Shown: positions 52,315 through 62,651 of the stretch, in pieces
How positions within the stretch are numbered: position 1 is the first letter of the stretch
How the letters are laid out: each line of letters begins with the position of its first letter
Assembly (NCBI GenBank): GCA_965225945.1
Contig: CBDDBZ010000039.1
Location: forward strand, 512,001 to 576,000
Source: Alphaproteobacteria bacterium
GTDB lineage: Bacteria; Pseudomonadota; Alphaproteobacteria; GCA-2731375
DNA length: 64,000 bases
Direction of reading: 5' to 3'
Translations under genes and position numbers: made by a program
Notes under the pieces: model-generated
Database searches by the model: none
What the model saw: only the letters and a program-made list of their open reading frames with translations
Told to the model about the DNA's origin: nothing

Positions 52315-53330
52315 TTCTTGTCCTTGTCGACCAGTCGATTCTCGGCGATCCAGGGCATCATCGCCCGGAGTCGCTCGCCCACCTCCTCGCACGGGTGTGC
52401 CATCGCCTGGCGGCGCATCGCCTTGAAACTGGCCTGATTGACCTTGTTCTCCAACATCCAGGTGCGGGCGAACTCGCCCGACTGAATACTGACCAGCGCG
52501 GCGCGCATGTTGGCCTTGACGTGGTCGTCGATGATCCGGGGGCCCATCAGGTATTCGCCGTACTCGGCCGTGTTCGAGACCGAATAGTTCATGTTGGCGA
52601 TGCCGCCCTCGTAGATCAAATCGACGATCAGCTTCAACTCGTGGATGCACTCGAAATACGCCATTTCCGGCGCGTATCCCGCCTCGACCAGGGTATCGAA
52701 GCCGGCCTTCATCAATTCGCAGACGCCGCCGCAGAGCACGGTCTGCTCGCCGAAGAGATCGGTCTCGCACTCCTCGCGGAAGGTGGTCTCGATGGTGCCG
52801 GCGCGGCCGCCGCCGATCGCGCTGGAATAGCTGAGGCCGATCTCGTGGGCGTTGCCGGTGGCGTCCTGGTGTATGGCCAAGAGACAGGGAACGCCGGCGC
52901 CACGCACGTATTCCGAGCGCACAGTATGACCCGGACCCTTCGGCGCGATCATGAAGACGTCCATGTCGGCGCGCGGCTCGATCAGGTTGAAGTGGATCGA
53001 GAGGCCGTGGGCGAAAGCCATCGCCGTGCCTTCGCGCATGGTGCCGCGTAGCTCGCTCTCCCAGAGCTCGGCCTGGCCCTCGTCCGGGGTCAGCACCATG
53101 ACGATATCGCCCCAGGCGGCGGCCTCGGCCACCGTCTTCACCTGGAAGCCCGCCTGTTCCGCCTTGGCGGCGCTGGCCGATCCGGGCCGTAGCGCCACCA
53201 CGATGTCGGGCACGCCCGAGTCCTTCAGGTTGTTGGCATGCGCGTGGCCCTGGCTGCCGTAGCCCAGGATGGCCACCTTCTTGCTCTTGATCAGGGCTAC
53301 GTCTGCGTCGCGATCATAGTAAACCCGCAT
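52311..53330 (-). CDS. ilvC: Ketol-acid reductoisomerase
   Basis: [32 protein letters not shown]. Confidence 0.97.
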   Translation of the reverse strand: MRVYYDRDADVALIKSKKVAILGYGSQGHAHANNLKDSGVPDIVVALRPGSASAAKAEQAGFQVKTVAEAAAWGDIVMVLTPDEGQAELWESELRGTMREGTAMAFAHGLSIHFNLIEPRADMDVFMIAPKGPGHTVRSEYVRGAGVPCLLAIHQDATGNAHEIGLSYSSAIGGGRAGTIETTFREECETDLFGEQTVLCGGVCELMKAGFDTLVEAGYAPEMAYFECIHELKLIVDLIYEGGIANMNYSVSNTAEYGEYLMGPRIIDDHVKANMRAALVSIQSGEFARTWMLENKVNQASFKAMRRQAMAHPCEEVGERLRAMMPWIAENRLVDKDKN

Positions 53331-53396
53331 CTTCGGTCCTCTTTTCCGCTCGTTGATCCCTCAGGATCCAACTCCATTGGAATTATACCAATCGCC

Positions 53397-54619
53397 CATG
53401 GTACACGACGGCATTTACGTAGGACGTTGAAAAGGTTGTAGGATTCCCGATTCACTCCACGACGAGTCAAGAGGGAAATCATGCGAGACAACCCGATCAA
53501 CGCCCTGCGTGAGACGCTACGATGCGGCTTCGCCTTTCGCAAGAGCCGTCTGGAGAGCCTTTGCGTCTTGGTCTTCGGCGTGTTCGTCGCCCGGACGGTG
53601 AACCTCTCTCACTTGGCCTGCCACTTTCCGGGGCGCGCGCGATCCAGCTCCAACTATCGGCGCCTGCAACGGTTTTTCGAGCAAGTCGATTTCGATTACG
53701 ATCGCCTCGCCGAGTTCCTGGTCGCGATGATGGGGCTCCAGGCGGGGCCGTGGCGGCTGACCATGGACCGGACCAACTGGCGGCTGGGTCGCCGCGACGT
53801 CAACATCTTGATGATCGGCATCGTCAACCGCGCCATCGCCATTCCCGTGTGCTGGCGGGTGCTCGACAAGGCGGGCAATTCCAATACCAAGGAGCGGATC
53901 GCGATCCTCGAACACGTCCTCCGGCTCTTCGGGGTCGACAAGATCGCCAGCCTCCTGGCCGACCGGGAATTCATCGGCGACGCCTGGCTGGCATGGTTGC
54001 AGGAAAAGGCCATCCCCTTTCACATCCGCATCCGATCCAACATCAAGATCGCCAACACGCGTGGTCGCATGGTCAAGGCGAGGGAGCTGTTTCGCGACCT
54101 CAAACCCGGGGAAAGCTGCATCCTCTCCAACGCCAGGCGCCTCTCGGAGGCCAGAAAACCCAAGGCCAGGCCCGTCTTCGTCGCCGCGCTCCATCTCAAG
54201 ACCGGCGAACTGTTGATCGTCGTGACCAACGACGCGCCCGAGGAGGCCTTGGCCATCTACGCCCAGCGCTGGCAAATCAAGACCCTCTTCGCCGCCTTGA
54301 AAACCCGTGGCTTCAACCTCGAAGACACCCACATGACCGACCCGGAGCGCATCTCCAAGCTCACCGCCGTCCTTTCCATCACCTTCTGCTGGGCGCACAA
54401 AGTCGGCGATTGGCTCCACGAGGCCGAGCCGATCCGCCTCAAAACCCACAAAAGGATGGCAAAATCCATCTTCCGATACGGTTTCGAGTGGATAAGGCGA
54501 CAGCTCGTCAATCCTATCGACAGGCGTCAAGCCATTGAGCTGATTCGTTTCCTCGTCCCCGGAAAACCACCAGTCCAGGTGCCCAGGCCAAAGCCAGCAT
54601 GAACGAGTCGTGTACTGTG
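53397..54619 (+). mobile_element. IS4-family element, copy 2 (1223 bp)
   Basis: Same ends as 20856-22078; 9-bp DR CCAATCGCC (53388-53396, 54620-54628). Confidence 0.93.
53481..54602 (+). CDS. IS4 transposase with E>K change in the YREK motif
   Basis: YAQRWQIKTLFAALK versus ...QIETLF... in copy 1. Confidence 0.92.
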   Translation: MRDNPINALRETLRCGFAFRKSRLESLCVLVFGVFVARTVNLSHLACHFPGRARSSSNYRRLQRFFEQVDFDYDRLAEFLVAMMGLQAGPWRLTMDRTNWRLGRRDVNILMIGIVNRAIAIPVCWRVLDKAGNSNTKERIAILEHVLRLFGVDKIASLLADREFIGDAWLAWLQEKAIPFHIRIRSNIKIANTRGRMVKARELFRDLKPGESCILSNARRLSEARKPKARPVFVAALHLKTGELLIVVTNDAPEEALAIYAQRWQIKTLFAALKTRGFNLEDTHMTDPERISKLTAVLSITFCWAHKVGDWLHEAEPIRLKTHKRMAKSIFRYGFEWIRRQLVNPIDRRQAIELIRFLVPGKPPVQVPRPKPA

Positions 54620-54645
54620 CCAATCGCCATTTATGGCGGTGGGCA

Positions 54646-55152
54646 TTACATCTCGTGGGCTCCCCGCGCGATGGCGACCACGCCGGTGCGGGAGATCTCC
54701 ACCAAGCCCAGGGGCCGCATCAGCTTGATGAAGGCGTCGATCTTGGAGGACGATCCGGTCATCTCGAAGACGAAGCTGCAATGGGTCGAATCCACCGCGT
54801 GGGCGCGGAAGATATCGGCGATGCGCAAGCTCTCGATCCGCTCCTCGCCCTTCCCGTTTACCTTGATCAGCGCCAGTTCGCGCTCCACCGAGGGGCCGTC
54901 GAGGGTGAGGTCGGTGACCCGGTGAATCGGCACCAACCGGTCGAGCTGCGCCTTAATCTGCTCGATCACCATCTCCGTCCCGACGGTGACGACGGTGATT
55001 CTCGACAGCTCGTTGGCCTCGTCGACCTCGGCCACGGTCAGGCTCTCGATGTTGTAGCCCCGGCCGGAGAAGAGCCCGATAACGCGCGCCAGCACGCCCG
55101 GCTCGTTGTCGACCAGCACCGAAATCGTGTGCCGTCGATCCGTTGGTTCCAT
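54646..55152 (-). CDS. ilvN: Acetolactate synthase small subunit
   Basis: HTISVLVDNEPGVLARVIGLFSGRGYNIESL, ERELALIKV. Confidence 0.95.
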   Translation of the reverse strand: MEPTDRRHTISVLVDNEPGVLARVIGLFSGRGYNIESLTVAEVDEANELSRITVVTVGTEMVIEQIKAQLDRLVPIHRVTDLTLDGPSVERELALIKVNGKGEERIESLRIADIFRAHAVDSTHCSFVFEMTGSSSKIDAFIKLMRPLGLVEISRTGVVAIARGAHEM

Positions 55153-55208
55153 TGTCGCCGCCACGCCCGGGTGCCTCCGATCGTCCCGCTTGTGTCCCGC
55201 CCGGCCGC

Positions 55209-57011
55209 TCAGACCAGCGCCAAGCCGTCGTCGGTGACCCCCGGTTGGCTTCCCGCGGGGTCGCTCGCCAGGATCATTTCGTTGTGCGGGGCGCCGGAGG
55301 GCACCATCGGCAGGCAGTTCTCCTCCTTCTCCACCAGGATGTCGGCGATCACCGGCTGATCGGATTCGATCATTTGCCGGATCACGTCGTCCAGTTCGTC
55401 CACCGCTGTCGCCCGCAGGCCGACGGCGCCGAAGCTCTCCGCCAGCTTGACGAAGTCGGGCAGCGCCGCGACGTAAGTCTCGGCGTAGCGGCCACCGTGC
55501 AGCATTTCTTGCCACTGGCGGACCATGCCCATCCACTGATTGTTCAGGATGAAGATCTTCACCGGAAGCGAATACTGCCGGGCGGTCGACATCTCCTGGA
55601 TGTTCATCAGGATCGAGGCCTCGCCCGCGATGTCGATCACCAGGGCGTCGGGATGCGCCGTCTGCACGCCGATCGCCGCCGGCAGGCCGTAACCCATGGT
55701 GCCGAGGCCGCCCGAGGTCATCCAGTGCCTGGGCTGGTCGAACTTCAGGTACTGCGCCGCCCACATCTGGTGCTGGCCGACCTCGGTGGTGAAGTAGGTC
55801 TCGCGCCCGGCGATCATCTCCTGCAGGCGCTCGATGGCGTATTGTGGCTTGATGGTCGGGCCGTCCTGCTGGTAGGCGAGGCAGTCGCGGGCCCGCCAGC
55901 CCTCGATCTGGCTCCACCAGGCGCCGAGCGCGTCCCAGTCGCTCGAAAGCCCCTCGCTCTCCCACACGCCCAGCATGGCTTCCAGCACCCGGCCGGCGTC
56001 GCCGACGATCGGCAGGTCGACGATGACGTTCTTGTTGATCGAGGAGCGATCGATATCGACGTGGATCTTGGTCGAATTCGGGCTGAAGGCGTCGAGCCGC
56101 CCGGTGATCCGGTCGTCGAAGCGGGCGCCGATGCAGATCATCAGATCGCAGCCATGCATCGCCAAGTTGGCCTCGTAGGTGCCGTGCATGCCGAGCATGC
56201 CCAGAAACTGCGAATCCGAGGCCGGAAAGGCGCCGAGTCCCATCAGCGTGTTGGTGATCGGGAAGCCGGTCCGCTTGACCAGCCGATGCAACAGTCCCGA
56301 GGCGCGATCGCCGGCGTTGATGACGCCGCCGCCGGTATAGAAGAGCGGCCGCTTGGCCTCCGCCATCAGATGAACGGCACGGCGAATTTGCGCCGGATCG
56401 CCCTCGACGCGGGGACTGTACGACTTGTGGCGAACCTCGGTGGGCGCGGAATAGGGGCCTTCGGCGATGCAGACGTCCTTCGGCAGGTCCACGACCACCG
56501 GGCCGGGACGGCCGTTTGTCGCCACGTAGAAGGCCTCATGGATGACGCGAGCCAAGTCCTCGACCCGTTTCACCAGATAATTGTGTTTGGTGCAGGGCCG
56601 GGTGATGCCGACCGTGTCGGCCTCCTGAAAGGCGTCGTTGCCGATCATGTGGGTCGCCACCTGGCCGGTGAGGCAAATCACCGGGATCGAGTCCATCAGC
56701 GCATCGGTGAGCCCGGTGACTGCGTTGGTGGCGCCGGGGCCCGAGGTCACCAGGACCACGCCGGGCTTGCCGGTCGAGCGGGCATAGCCCTCGGCCGCGT
56801 GGACGGCGCCACCTTCCTGGCGGACCAGGACGTGGCGGACCGCATTCTGCTTGAAGAGGGCATCATAGATCGGCAGCACGGCGCCGCCGGGATAGCCGAA
56901 GATGACCTCGACACCTTGGTCGGCCAGCGCCTTCATGACGATTTCGGCGCCGGACAGGCGCTGCTCGGTGCTCTCTTCGCCGCCGTCGGCGGCGCTCTCG
57001 GTCAGGGTCAT
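55209..57011 (-). CDS. ilvB: Acetolactate synthase large subunit
   Basis: FGYPGGAVL, TSGPGATN, SGGLGTMGYG, GEASILMN. Confidence 0.96.
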   Translation of the reverse strand: MTLTESAADGGEESTEQRLSGAEIVMKALADQGVEVIFGYPGGAVLPIYDALFKQNAVRHVLVRQEGGAVHAAEGYARSTGKPGVVLVTSGPGATNAVTGLTDALMDSIPVICLTGQVATHMIGNDAFQEADTVGITRPCTKHNYLVKRVEDLARVIHEAFYVATNGRPGPVVVDLPKDVCIAEGPYSAPTEVRHKSYSPRVEGDPAQIRRAVHLMAEAKRPLFYTGGGVINAGDRASGLLHRLVKRTGFPITNTLMGLGAFPASDSQFLGMLGMHGTYEANLAMHGCDLMICIGARFDDRITGRLDAFSPNSTKIHVDIDRSSINKNVIVDLPIVGDAGRVLEAMLGVWESEGLSSDWDALGAWWSQIEGWRARDCLAYQQDGPTIKPQYAIERLQEMIAGRETYFTTEVGQHQMWAAQYLKFDQPRHWMTSGGLGTMGYGLPAAIGVQTAHPDALVIDIAGEASILMNIQEMSTARQYSLPVKIFILNNQWMGMVRQWQEMLHGGRYAETYVAALPDFVKLAESFGAVGLRATAVDELDDVIRQMIESDQPVIADILVEKEENCLPMVPSGAPHNEMILASDPAGSQPGVTDDGLALV

Positions 57012-57202
57012 CGCGCCCACTCCTCGCCCCCCGCGGCGCCGCCGTCTCCGCTCCTCGCGTCCGGCGCCTCGGGGATTGCGTCATGCCCAAATATTTTCGG
57101 GCCCACGAACCAAAGCGCCCGCGTCGCGGCCCTCTTGCCCCTCGACCCTAAGGCCTCGGCGACAGCGGCGCGCGCGCGGACGAACGGCGCGAACATAGCC
57201 AG

Positions 57203-58141
57203 TCACTCTGGAGGGGTCAACAAAAATCGACTCACAATCGGAAAGATTTTATCGAAAAAACATTCTGAATCTTGCGTCAATACATGATTCCACGAACGCA
57301 TCTTGTTTCTCTGCCAGGTGAGCTGACGCTTGGCGTAGCGCCGGCTGGCCTGCTCGGCGGCCCGGGTCGCCTCCTCGAGCGAGACCTCGCCGGCGACGTG
57401 GCGCATCAGCTCGCGCAGGCCCACCGCCTTCATCGCCGGCAGGTCCGGCGCCAAGGCCAGGTCGCGGATGGCCCCGACCTCCGCCATCGCGCCCGCCGCC
57501 AGCATGGCGTCGAGGCGCGCCTCGATCCGCGCGTAAAGCGACGCGCGCGGCAGCTCCAGCGCTAGCCCGAGCCAGGGGTGGGCGAGCCCGGGCGCGGTTT
57601 GGCGCCGCCAGTCGGATAGCGGCCGGCCCGTCGCCGCCAGCACCTCCAGCGCCCGGACCAGGCGTTGGGAATCGCTCGGCGGCACTCGCGCCGCCGTCTC
57701 GGGGTCGGCGCGGGCGAGCTCGGCGTGGAGCGCCGCCGCCCCCTCCGCCGCCAACCGCGCCCGCGTTGCCGCGCTAATCTCGCTCGCAACGTCGGGGATC
57801 TCCGCCAGCCCCTCGGTCAGGGCGTGGAAATAGAGTCCGCTGCCGCCGACCAGGATCGCCACCCGCCCGGCGGCCGACGCCGCCTCGATCGCCGTGACGG
57901 CGGCGCGGCACCAGCGCCCGGCCGAGCCCCCCTCCGCCGCCGGCCAGATGCCGTAGAGCCGATGTGGCGCCAGCGCCTCTTCGGCCGGGCTCGGCCGCGC
58001 GGTGACGATCCGCAGTTCGCGATAGACCTGCATGCTGTCGGCGTTGATGATCTCGCCGTCGAGCGCGCGGGCGAGGCGGAGCGCCAGCGCCGACTTGCCG
58101 CAAGCCGTCGGGCCGGCTATCAGGATCAGGCGTCGGTCCAT
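57203..58141 (-). CDS. miaA: tRNA dimethylallyltransferase
   Basis: AGPTACGKS, NADSMQVY, VGGSGLY, RRYAKRQLTW. Confidence 0.95.
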   Translation of the reverse strand: MDRRLILIAGPTACGKSALALRLARALDGEIINADSMQVYRELRIVTARPSPAEEALAPHRLYGIWPAAEGGSAGRWCRAAVTAIEAASAAGRVAILVGGSGLYFHALTEGLAEIPDVASEISAATRARLAAEGAAALHAELARADPETAARVPPSDSQRLVRALEVLAATGRPLSDWRRQTAPGLAHPWLGLALELPRASLYARIEARLDAMLAAGAMAEVGAIRDLALAPDLPAMKAVGLRELMRHVAGEVSLEEATRAAEQASRRYAKRQLTWQRNKMRSWNHVLTQDSECFFDKIFPIVSRFLLTPPE

Positions 58142-58219
58142 GGTCTCGGCCACCCTCGGCTCGCCCGGGCGGTCCGGCCTCGGCCGCGCGCCACCGTCGA
58201 GAGCCGCCGGGTGCCTGCG

Positions 58220-59095
58220 ATGAAACACGTCCTGACCCTGATCGGCAAGCCGCTCGACGCGGCCGTGGTCGCCCGCGCGGCGGCGCTCGCCGAAGCCCGC
58301 CGGGCGCCCGAGTGGCTGGCGCCCGGGCGGGCCTGCGACCTGGCGCTCGACGGGCCGCCGCCGGGCGAACTCGAGGCCCGCTTGCGGGCGAGCCTGGCCG
58401 GCGCGGCGATCGATATCGCCCTGCAGCCGGCGGCGGGCCGGCGGCGGGCGCTCCTGATCGCCGACATGGATTCCACCTTCATCACCGTCGAGTGCATCGA
58501 CGAGATGGCGGCGGCCTTCGGCCTCGGCGCGGAGATCGCCCGAATCACGCGCCGCGCGATGCGGGGCGAGTTGGACTTTCCCTCGGCCCTGCGCGAGCGG
58601 GTGGCGATGCTCCGGGGCTTCGCCGTCGCCGATCTGGAACGGGTCTGGCGGGAGCGGGTGAGTTTGACGGCGGGCGGGCGGGTGCTGGTCCGGACCATGC
58701 GCGCGCATGGTGCCTATACGGCGCTGGTCTCCGGCGGCTTCGACGTCTTCACCTCGCGGGTTCGCGCGGCGATCGGTTTCGACTTCGATCTCGCCAACCG
58801 TTTGGCGGTGGACGACGGTCGGCTGACGGGGGAGCTGGTGGAGCCGGTCCTGGACGCCGACGCCAAGCGGGCCACGCTGGCGCGACTGCTGAGCGAACGG
58901 GGGCTCGGGGCCGCCGACGCGCTGGCGGTGGGCGACGGCGCCAACGACAGGGCGATGATCCAGGCGGCGGGCCTCGGCGTCGCCTACCGCGCCAAGCCCG
59001 TGCTGGCCGAGGTGGCCGACGTTCGCGTCGAATTTGGCGATCTCTCGACGCTGCTCTTCATTCAAGGCTACCGCGAGACGGACTTCGTGGTTTGA
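58220..59095 (+). CDS. serB: Phosphoserine phosphatase
   Basis: ADMDST, ECIDE, VSGGF, VGDGAND. Confidence 0.95.
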   Translation: MKHVLTLIGKPLDAAVVARAAALAEARRAPEWLAPGRACDLALDGPPPGELEARLRASLAGAAIDIALQPAAGRRRALLIADMDSTFITVECIDEMAAAFGLGAEIARITRRAMRGELDFPSALRERVAMLRGFAVADLERVWRERVSLTAGGRVLVRTMRAHGAYTALVSGGFDVFTSRVRAAIGFDFDLANRLAVDDGRLTGELVEPVLDADAKRATLARLLSERGLGAADALAVGDGANDRAMIQAAGLGVAYRAKPVLAEVADVRVEFGDLSTLLFIQGYRETDFVV

Positions 59096-59130
59096 AGTCC
59101 GCGCCCCGTTCGCGGCGAAGCTTCGCCCGC

Positions 59131-60612
59131 TCAGCCTTTGTCCAGGCGGACGGCGATGAAGCGCAAGTCGCCGCCACGCTCCAGCAGCAGCAGGACCGAC
59201 TTTCGCTTCGACTTCTTGACCTTGGTGACCTTGCGCAGCACCTCGCCGGGGGTGCCGACTTCCTCCTGCGCCACCTCGACGATCAGGTCGCCCTCGCGGA
59301 TGCCCTTCTCGGCCGCCGCGCCGTCGGGGTCGACCTCGGTGACGACGACGCCGCGAGCGTCGTCGCTAAGGCTGTATTTCTTGCGTCGCTCGTCGGTGAT
59401 GGTCGAGAGCGTCATGCCGATGGTTTCGACCGTTTCGGAAAATACCGGACCCTTTGGTTCGGACGAGGCGACGGTGGTTTTCTCCGCCGCTTCCAGCTCG
59501 CCGATCGCGACGCTTAGCTCGACCTCGGCGTTCTTCCGCCAGACCTCGACCTTGACCTTCTTGCCGATCCGGGTTTCGGCGACGATGCGCGGCAGCTCGC
59601 GCATCTCGGTGACCGCCTTGTCGTCGAAGGTCAGGATCACGTCGCCTTGTTGCATGCCGGCGGCCTCCGCCGGGCCGCCCTCGCTGACGCCGGCGACGAG
59701 CGCGCCCGTGGCCTCTTCCAGGCCCAGGCTTTCGGCGATCTCGTCGGTCACCGTCTGAATGCGGACGCCGAGCCAGCCGCGCCGGGTGCGGCCGAACTCC
59801 GAAAGCTGCTCGATGACGTTCTTGGCCAGCGCGGCGGGAATGGCGAAGCCGATGCCGACGCTGCCGCCCGAGGGCGAGAAAATCGCCGTGTTGATGCCGA
59901 TCACGCGGCCGTCCATGTTGAACAGCGGGCCGCCCGAATTGCCCCGGTTGATCGAGGCGTCGGTCTGGATGAAGTCGTCGTAGGGACCGGCGTTGATGTC
60001 GCGGCCCCGGGCCGAAATGATGCCGGCGGTGACGCTGCCGCCGAGGCCGAAGGGATTGCCGATGGCGACCACCCAGTCGCCGACCCGGGCCTCGTCGGAG
60101 CTGCCCCACTGGACCGCCGGCAGCGGCGCCTTCGCCTCCACCTTCAACAGCGCCAAGTCGGTCTTCGAATCCCTGCCGAGAATCTTGGCCGGCAGCCTCT
60201 CACCGTCGGAAAAGGTGACCGAGACCTCGTCCGCCTCGGCGATGACGTGATTGTTAGTGACGATCAAGCCATCCTTGTCGATGACGAAGCCGGAGCCGAG
60301 CGAGGTCACCCGGCGGGGCCTGTTCTGCTGGTTGCCGGGGGGACGGTTGCGCTCGAAGAATTCCTTGAAGAACTCCTCGAAGGGGGAGCCGGGGGGAAAC
60401 TGGAAGCCGGGCTGGCCCTGGTTGCCCTCGATCTTCTGGGTGGTCGAGATGTTGACGACGCTGGGCGACAGCTCGGCGGCGAGGTCGGCGAAACTTTCGG
60501 GCACCCCGCGCGCCCACGCCGGCGTCGCCAGCGCCACGGCCGTCGCCATGGCCACCACCGCCGCCGCCACGCGGGGCGCCGCAAAGGTCCTCGCCGGCGT
60601 CTCGGCCGGCAT
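59131..60612 (-). CDS. degP: DegP/DegQ (Do) serine endoprotease
   Basis: GSGF, TNNHV, TDLAL, NRGNSGGPL, two PDZ domains; start approximate. Confidence 0.93.
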   Translation of the reverse strand: MPAETPARTFAAPRVAAAVVAMATAVALATPAWARGVPESFADLAAELSPSVVNISTTQKIEGNQGQPGFQFPPGSPFEEFFKEFFERNRPPGNQQNRPRRVTSLGSGFVIDKDGLIVTNNHVIAEADEVSVTFSDGERLPAKILGRDSKTDLALLKVEAKAPLPAVQWGSSDEARVGDWVVAIGNPFGLGGSVTAGIISARGRDINAGPYDDFIQTDASINRGNSGGPLFNMDGRVIGINTAIFSPSGGSVGIGFAIPAALAKNVIEQLSEFGRTRRGWLGVRIQTVTDEIAESLGLEEATGALVAGVSEGGPAEAAGMQQGDVILTFDDKAVTEMRELPRIVAETRIGKKVKVEVWRKNAEVELSVAIGELEAAEKTTVASSEPKGPVFSETVETIGMTLSTITDERRKKYSLSDDARGVVVTEVDPDGAAAEKGIREGDLIVEVAQEEVGTPGEVLRKVTKVKKSKRKSVLLLLERGGDLRFIAVRLDKG

Positions 60613-60890
60613 ATCCTGCAGAATCGCGTAAATCCCTGACACGCGCCTTCTCCTTGGCTGTAGGGCGGCATCCCCGGACGGAGACCGGCCTCGAATTGTC
60701 GGACAATTAAGCCCCACGACGCATCCTTGCAAGTTCCGTGGGCCCAGCCGCAACTGGGAAGCGATTGCGGCCATTCTATGGCCAAATCGGGGAAAAGTCC
60801 GGCCCCGCGGCCGCAGCGCTGGCGGGTCGCCCTATTCCCGACGCTCGCCGGCGGAAAATGGCCGGCGGAATAATGGCGGGGGGAATAAGG

Positions 60891-60914
60891 GAGGGCGGCC
60901 CTGGGGCCGCCCTC
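60891..60914 (-). terminator. GC hairpin downstream of the Cys-repeat cytochrome gene
   Basis: GAGGGCGGCC-CTGG-GGCCGCCCTC; weak U-tract. Confidence 0.45.
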
Positions 60915-60976
60915 TGGTATCGCCTTCGGATGGCTCGCCCGGCCATGTGCTCGGGCGTGGAAATACGCCGAAGCGA

Positions 60977-62107
60977 CTACATCCGGTACTCGTCCGGGAT
61001 CAGCATCAGGCTGTCCTGATCCTCGGCCACGGCGGCGTGACAGTCGATGCAGAACTGCATCTTGGCGCTGTTCTCGCCTTTGGTGACGCCGAAAACGGCG
61101 CCGTCCGGCATCACCATGGTGTAGCGCCAGTTGCCGCTCGCCTTGTTGAAGCCGGCGGGCATCTTTTCCATCACAAACAGCGGGCCCGCCGCCATCTTGC
61201 CGTTGCCATGGACGGCGAAGCTGTCCTTGGCCAGGATCGAGCCGACGGGCATCTGCCCGACCTCCTCGAACTTGCCGTAAGCCTTGCCGGTCGCATTCGC
61301 GTAGTTGTTGACCAAGCGGCCACCATGGGTATCGGAGACGTAGGGCTGTTTGTTGTAGATGTCCCAGTTCTTGTAAAAGCTGGCGATCTTCAGCCCCGAC
61401 TTGGCGTAACCCGCCACCATCTCCTTCAACAGACACTCGTAGGCGCCCTTGGCCTCGGCCGTGGTCAGCTTCGGCGCGGCGCCGCCGCCGCAGGGGCCGC
61501 ACGGGCTGCAGGCGCCGCAAGCCTTCTTGGCGGCGCAGGGGTTGCACGCGCCGCAGGCCTTCTTGGCGGCGCACGGGTTGCAGGCACCGCAAGCCTTCTT
61601 GGCGGCGCAGGGGTTGCAGGCACCGCAGGCCTTCTTGGCGGCGCAGGGGTTGCACGCGCCGCAGGCTTTCTTGGCGGCGCAAGGGTTGCAGGCCGACGCC
61701 GTCACCAGGCGCGGGATCACGCACTTGCTGGAATAGCTGGCGGCACCACCGCCGCAGGGGTTGCACGGGTTGCACGCCCCACAGGCCTTTTTCGCCGCGC
61801 AAGGATTGCACGCACCGCAGGCCTTCTTGGCGGCGCAGGGGTTGCACGCGCCGCAGGCCTTTTTGGCCGCGCATGGATTGCAGGCGCCACAGGTCTTTTT
61901 CGCGGCGCAAGGGTTGCAGGCCTTGCAGGCCGCCACCCGGATCGCGCCGTCGGCGGGTTTCACGAGCGCCGCCGGATTGGCGAGACCGTCCGCGCCGCCC
62001 CGGGCGAACGTGGCATCGGCGAGCGCGATGGCGCTGGCGGCGACGCCGGCGCCGACGAACAGCTGGATCATCGTGCTCGAAAGCAGATTGGCTTTATGCG
62101 ATTTCAC
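60977..62107 (-). CDS. Exported Cys-repeat protein fused to a cytochrome P460-like domain
   Basis: Signal-like N-terminus; CGACNPCAAKKA repeats; C-terminal THGGR..NNYAN, MPVGSILAKDSF, LFVMEKM, GNWRY, CIDCH; GTG start after GGAGG. Confidence 0.85.
   Translation of the reverse strand: MKSHKANLLSSTMIQLFVGAGVAASAIALADATFARGGADGLANPAALVKPADGAIRVAACKACNPCAAKKTCGACNPCAAKKACGACNPCAAKKACGACNPCAAKKACGACNPCNPCGGGAASYSSKCVIPRLVTASACNPCAAKKACGACNPCAAKKACGACNPCAAKKACGACNPCAAKKACGACNPCAAKKACGACSPCGPCGGGAAPKLTTAEAKGAYECLLKEMVAGYAKSGLKIASFYKNWDIYNKQPYVSDTHGGRLVNNYANATGKAYGKFEEVGQMPVGSILAKDSFAVHGNGKMAAGPLFVMEKMPAGFNKASGNWRYTMVMPDGAVFGVTKGENSAKMQFCIDCHAAVAEDQDSLMLIPDEYRM
61488..61927 (-). repeat. Two blocks of 36-bp coding tandem repeats
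   Basis: 4 + 5 NPCAAKK units, each block closed by C..C.PC.PCGGG; variation mostly at third codon positions of the minus frame. Confidence 0.93.
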
Positions 62108-62285
62108 GACCCGGGCCTCCTGGATGTTACCTCAGCCTCCCTGGGCGGTGGTGCCGACGCTCCCGATCGGTCGCGCATCACCTCCCTTGAGGGGCGGATA
62201 CTAGCGAGGCCGACTCGTCACGCCTCATAAACACTGTGTGATGCTGCGCCGCAGCAAAATGGCTTCGGCACAAGCGGGAATCGAA

Positions 62286-62316
62286 ACGCCGCCGTCGGCT
62301 AAGCCGGCGGCGGCGT
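62286..62316 (-). terminator. Hairpin between the two Cys-repeat genes
   Basis: ACGCCGCCGTCGGC-TAA-GCCGGCGGCGGCGT, followed by TTCGATT on the minus strand. Confidence 0.55.
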
Positions 62317-62336
62317 CTTCGACGATCGCGCGCGCG

Positions 62337-62651
62337 CTATTTCTTCTTCTTGGCGGCGCAGGGATTGCACGCCCCGCAAGCCTTTTTGGCGGCGCAGGGA
62401 TTGCACGCGCCACAAGCCTTTTTCGCGGCGCAAGGGTTGCACGCGCCGCATTTCTTCTTGGCGGCGCAGGGGTTGCAGGCCTTGCAGGCCGCGACCTGGA
62501 TATAGCCGGTCGCCTTGCTCGCGGCCGCCGGATTGCTCAGCCCGTCGTTGCTCGCCGCGCCGGCATGGCCGATGGCGCCGAGCGCGAGCGTGGCGCCGAG
62601 CACGAGCGGCATGAAGGTGCTGGAAAGAAGTTTGGACTTGTGGGAACTCAT
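62337..62651 (-). CDS. Small exported Cys/Lys-rich repeat protein (104 aa)
   Basis: AGGAGGT SD; MSSHKSKLLSST leader; four C.ACNPCAAKK units, 12 Cys. Confidence 0.85.
   Translation of the reverse strand: MSSHKSKLLSSTFMPLVLGATLALGAIGHAGAASNDGLSNPAAASKATGYIQVAACKACNPCAAKKKCGACNPCAAKKACGACNPCAAKKACGACNPCAAKKKK

Noticed and set aside
61488-62487. 36-bp periodic repeats as a CRISPR array
   Set aside because: Units are contiguous with no unique spacers, vary mostly at synonymous positions of an open frame, and no cas genes are present.
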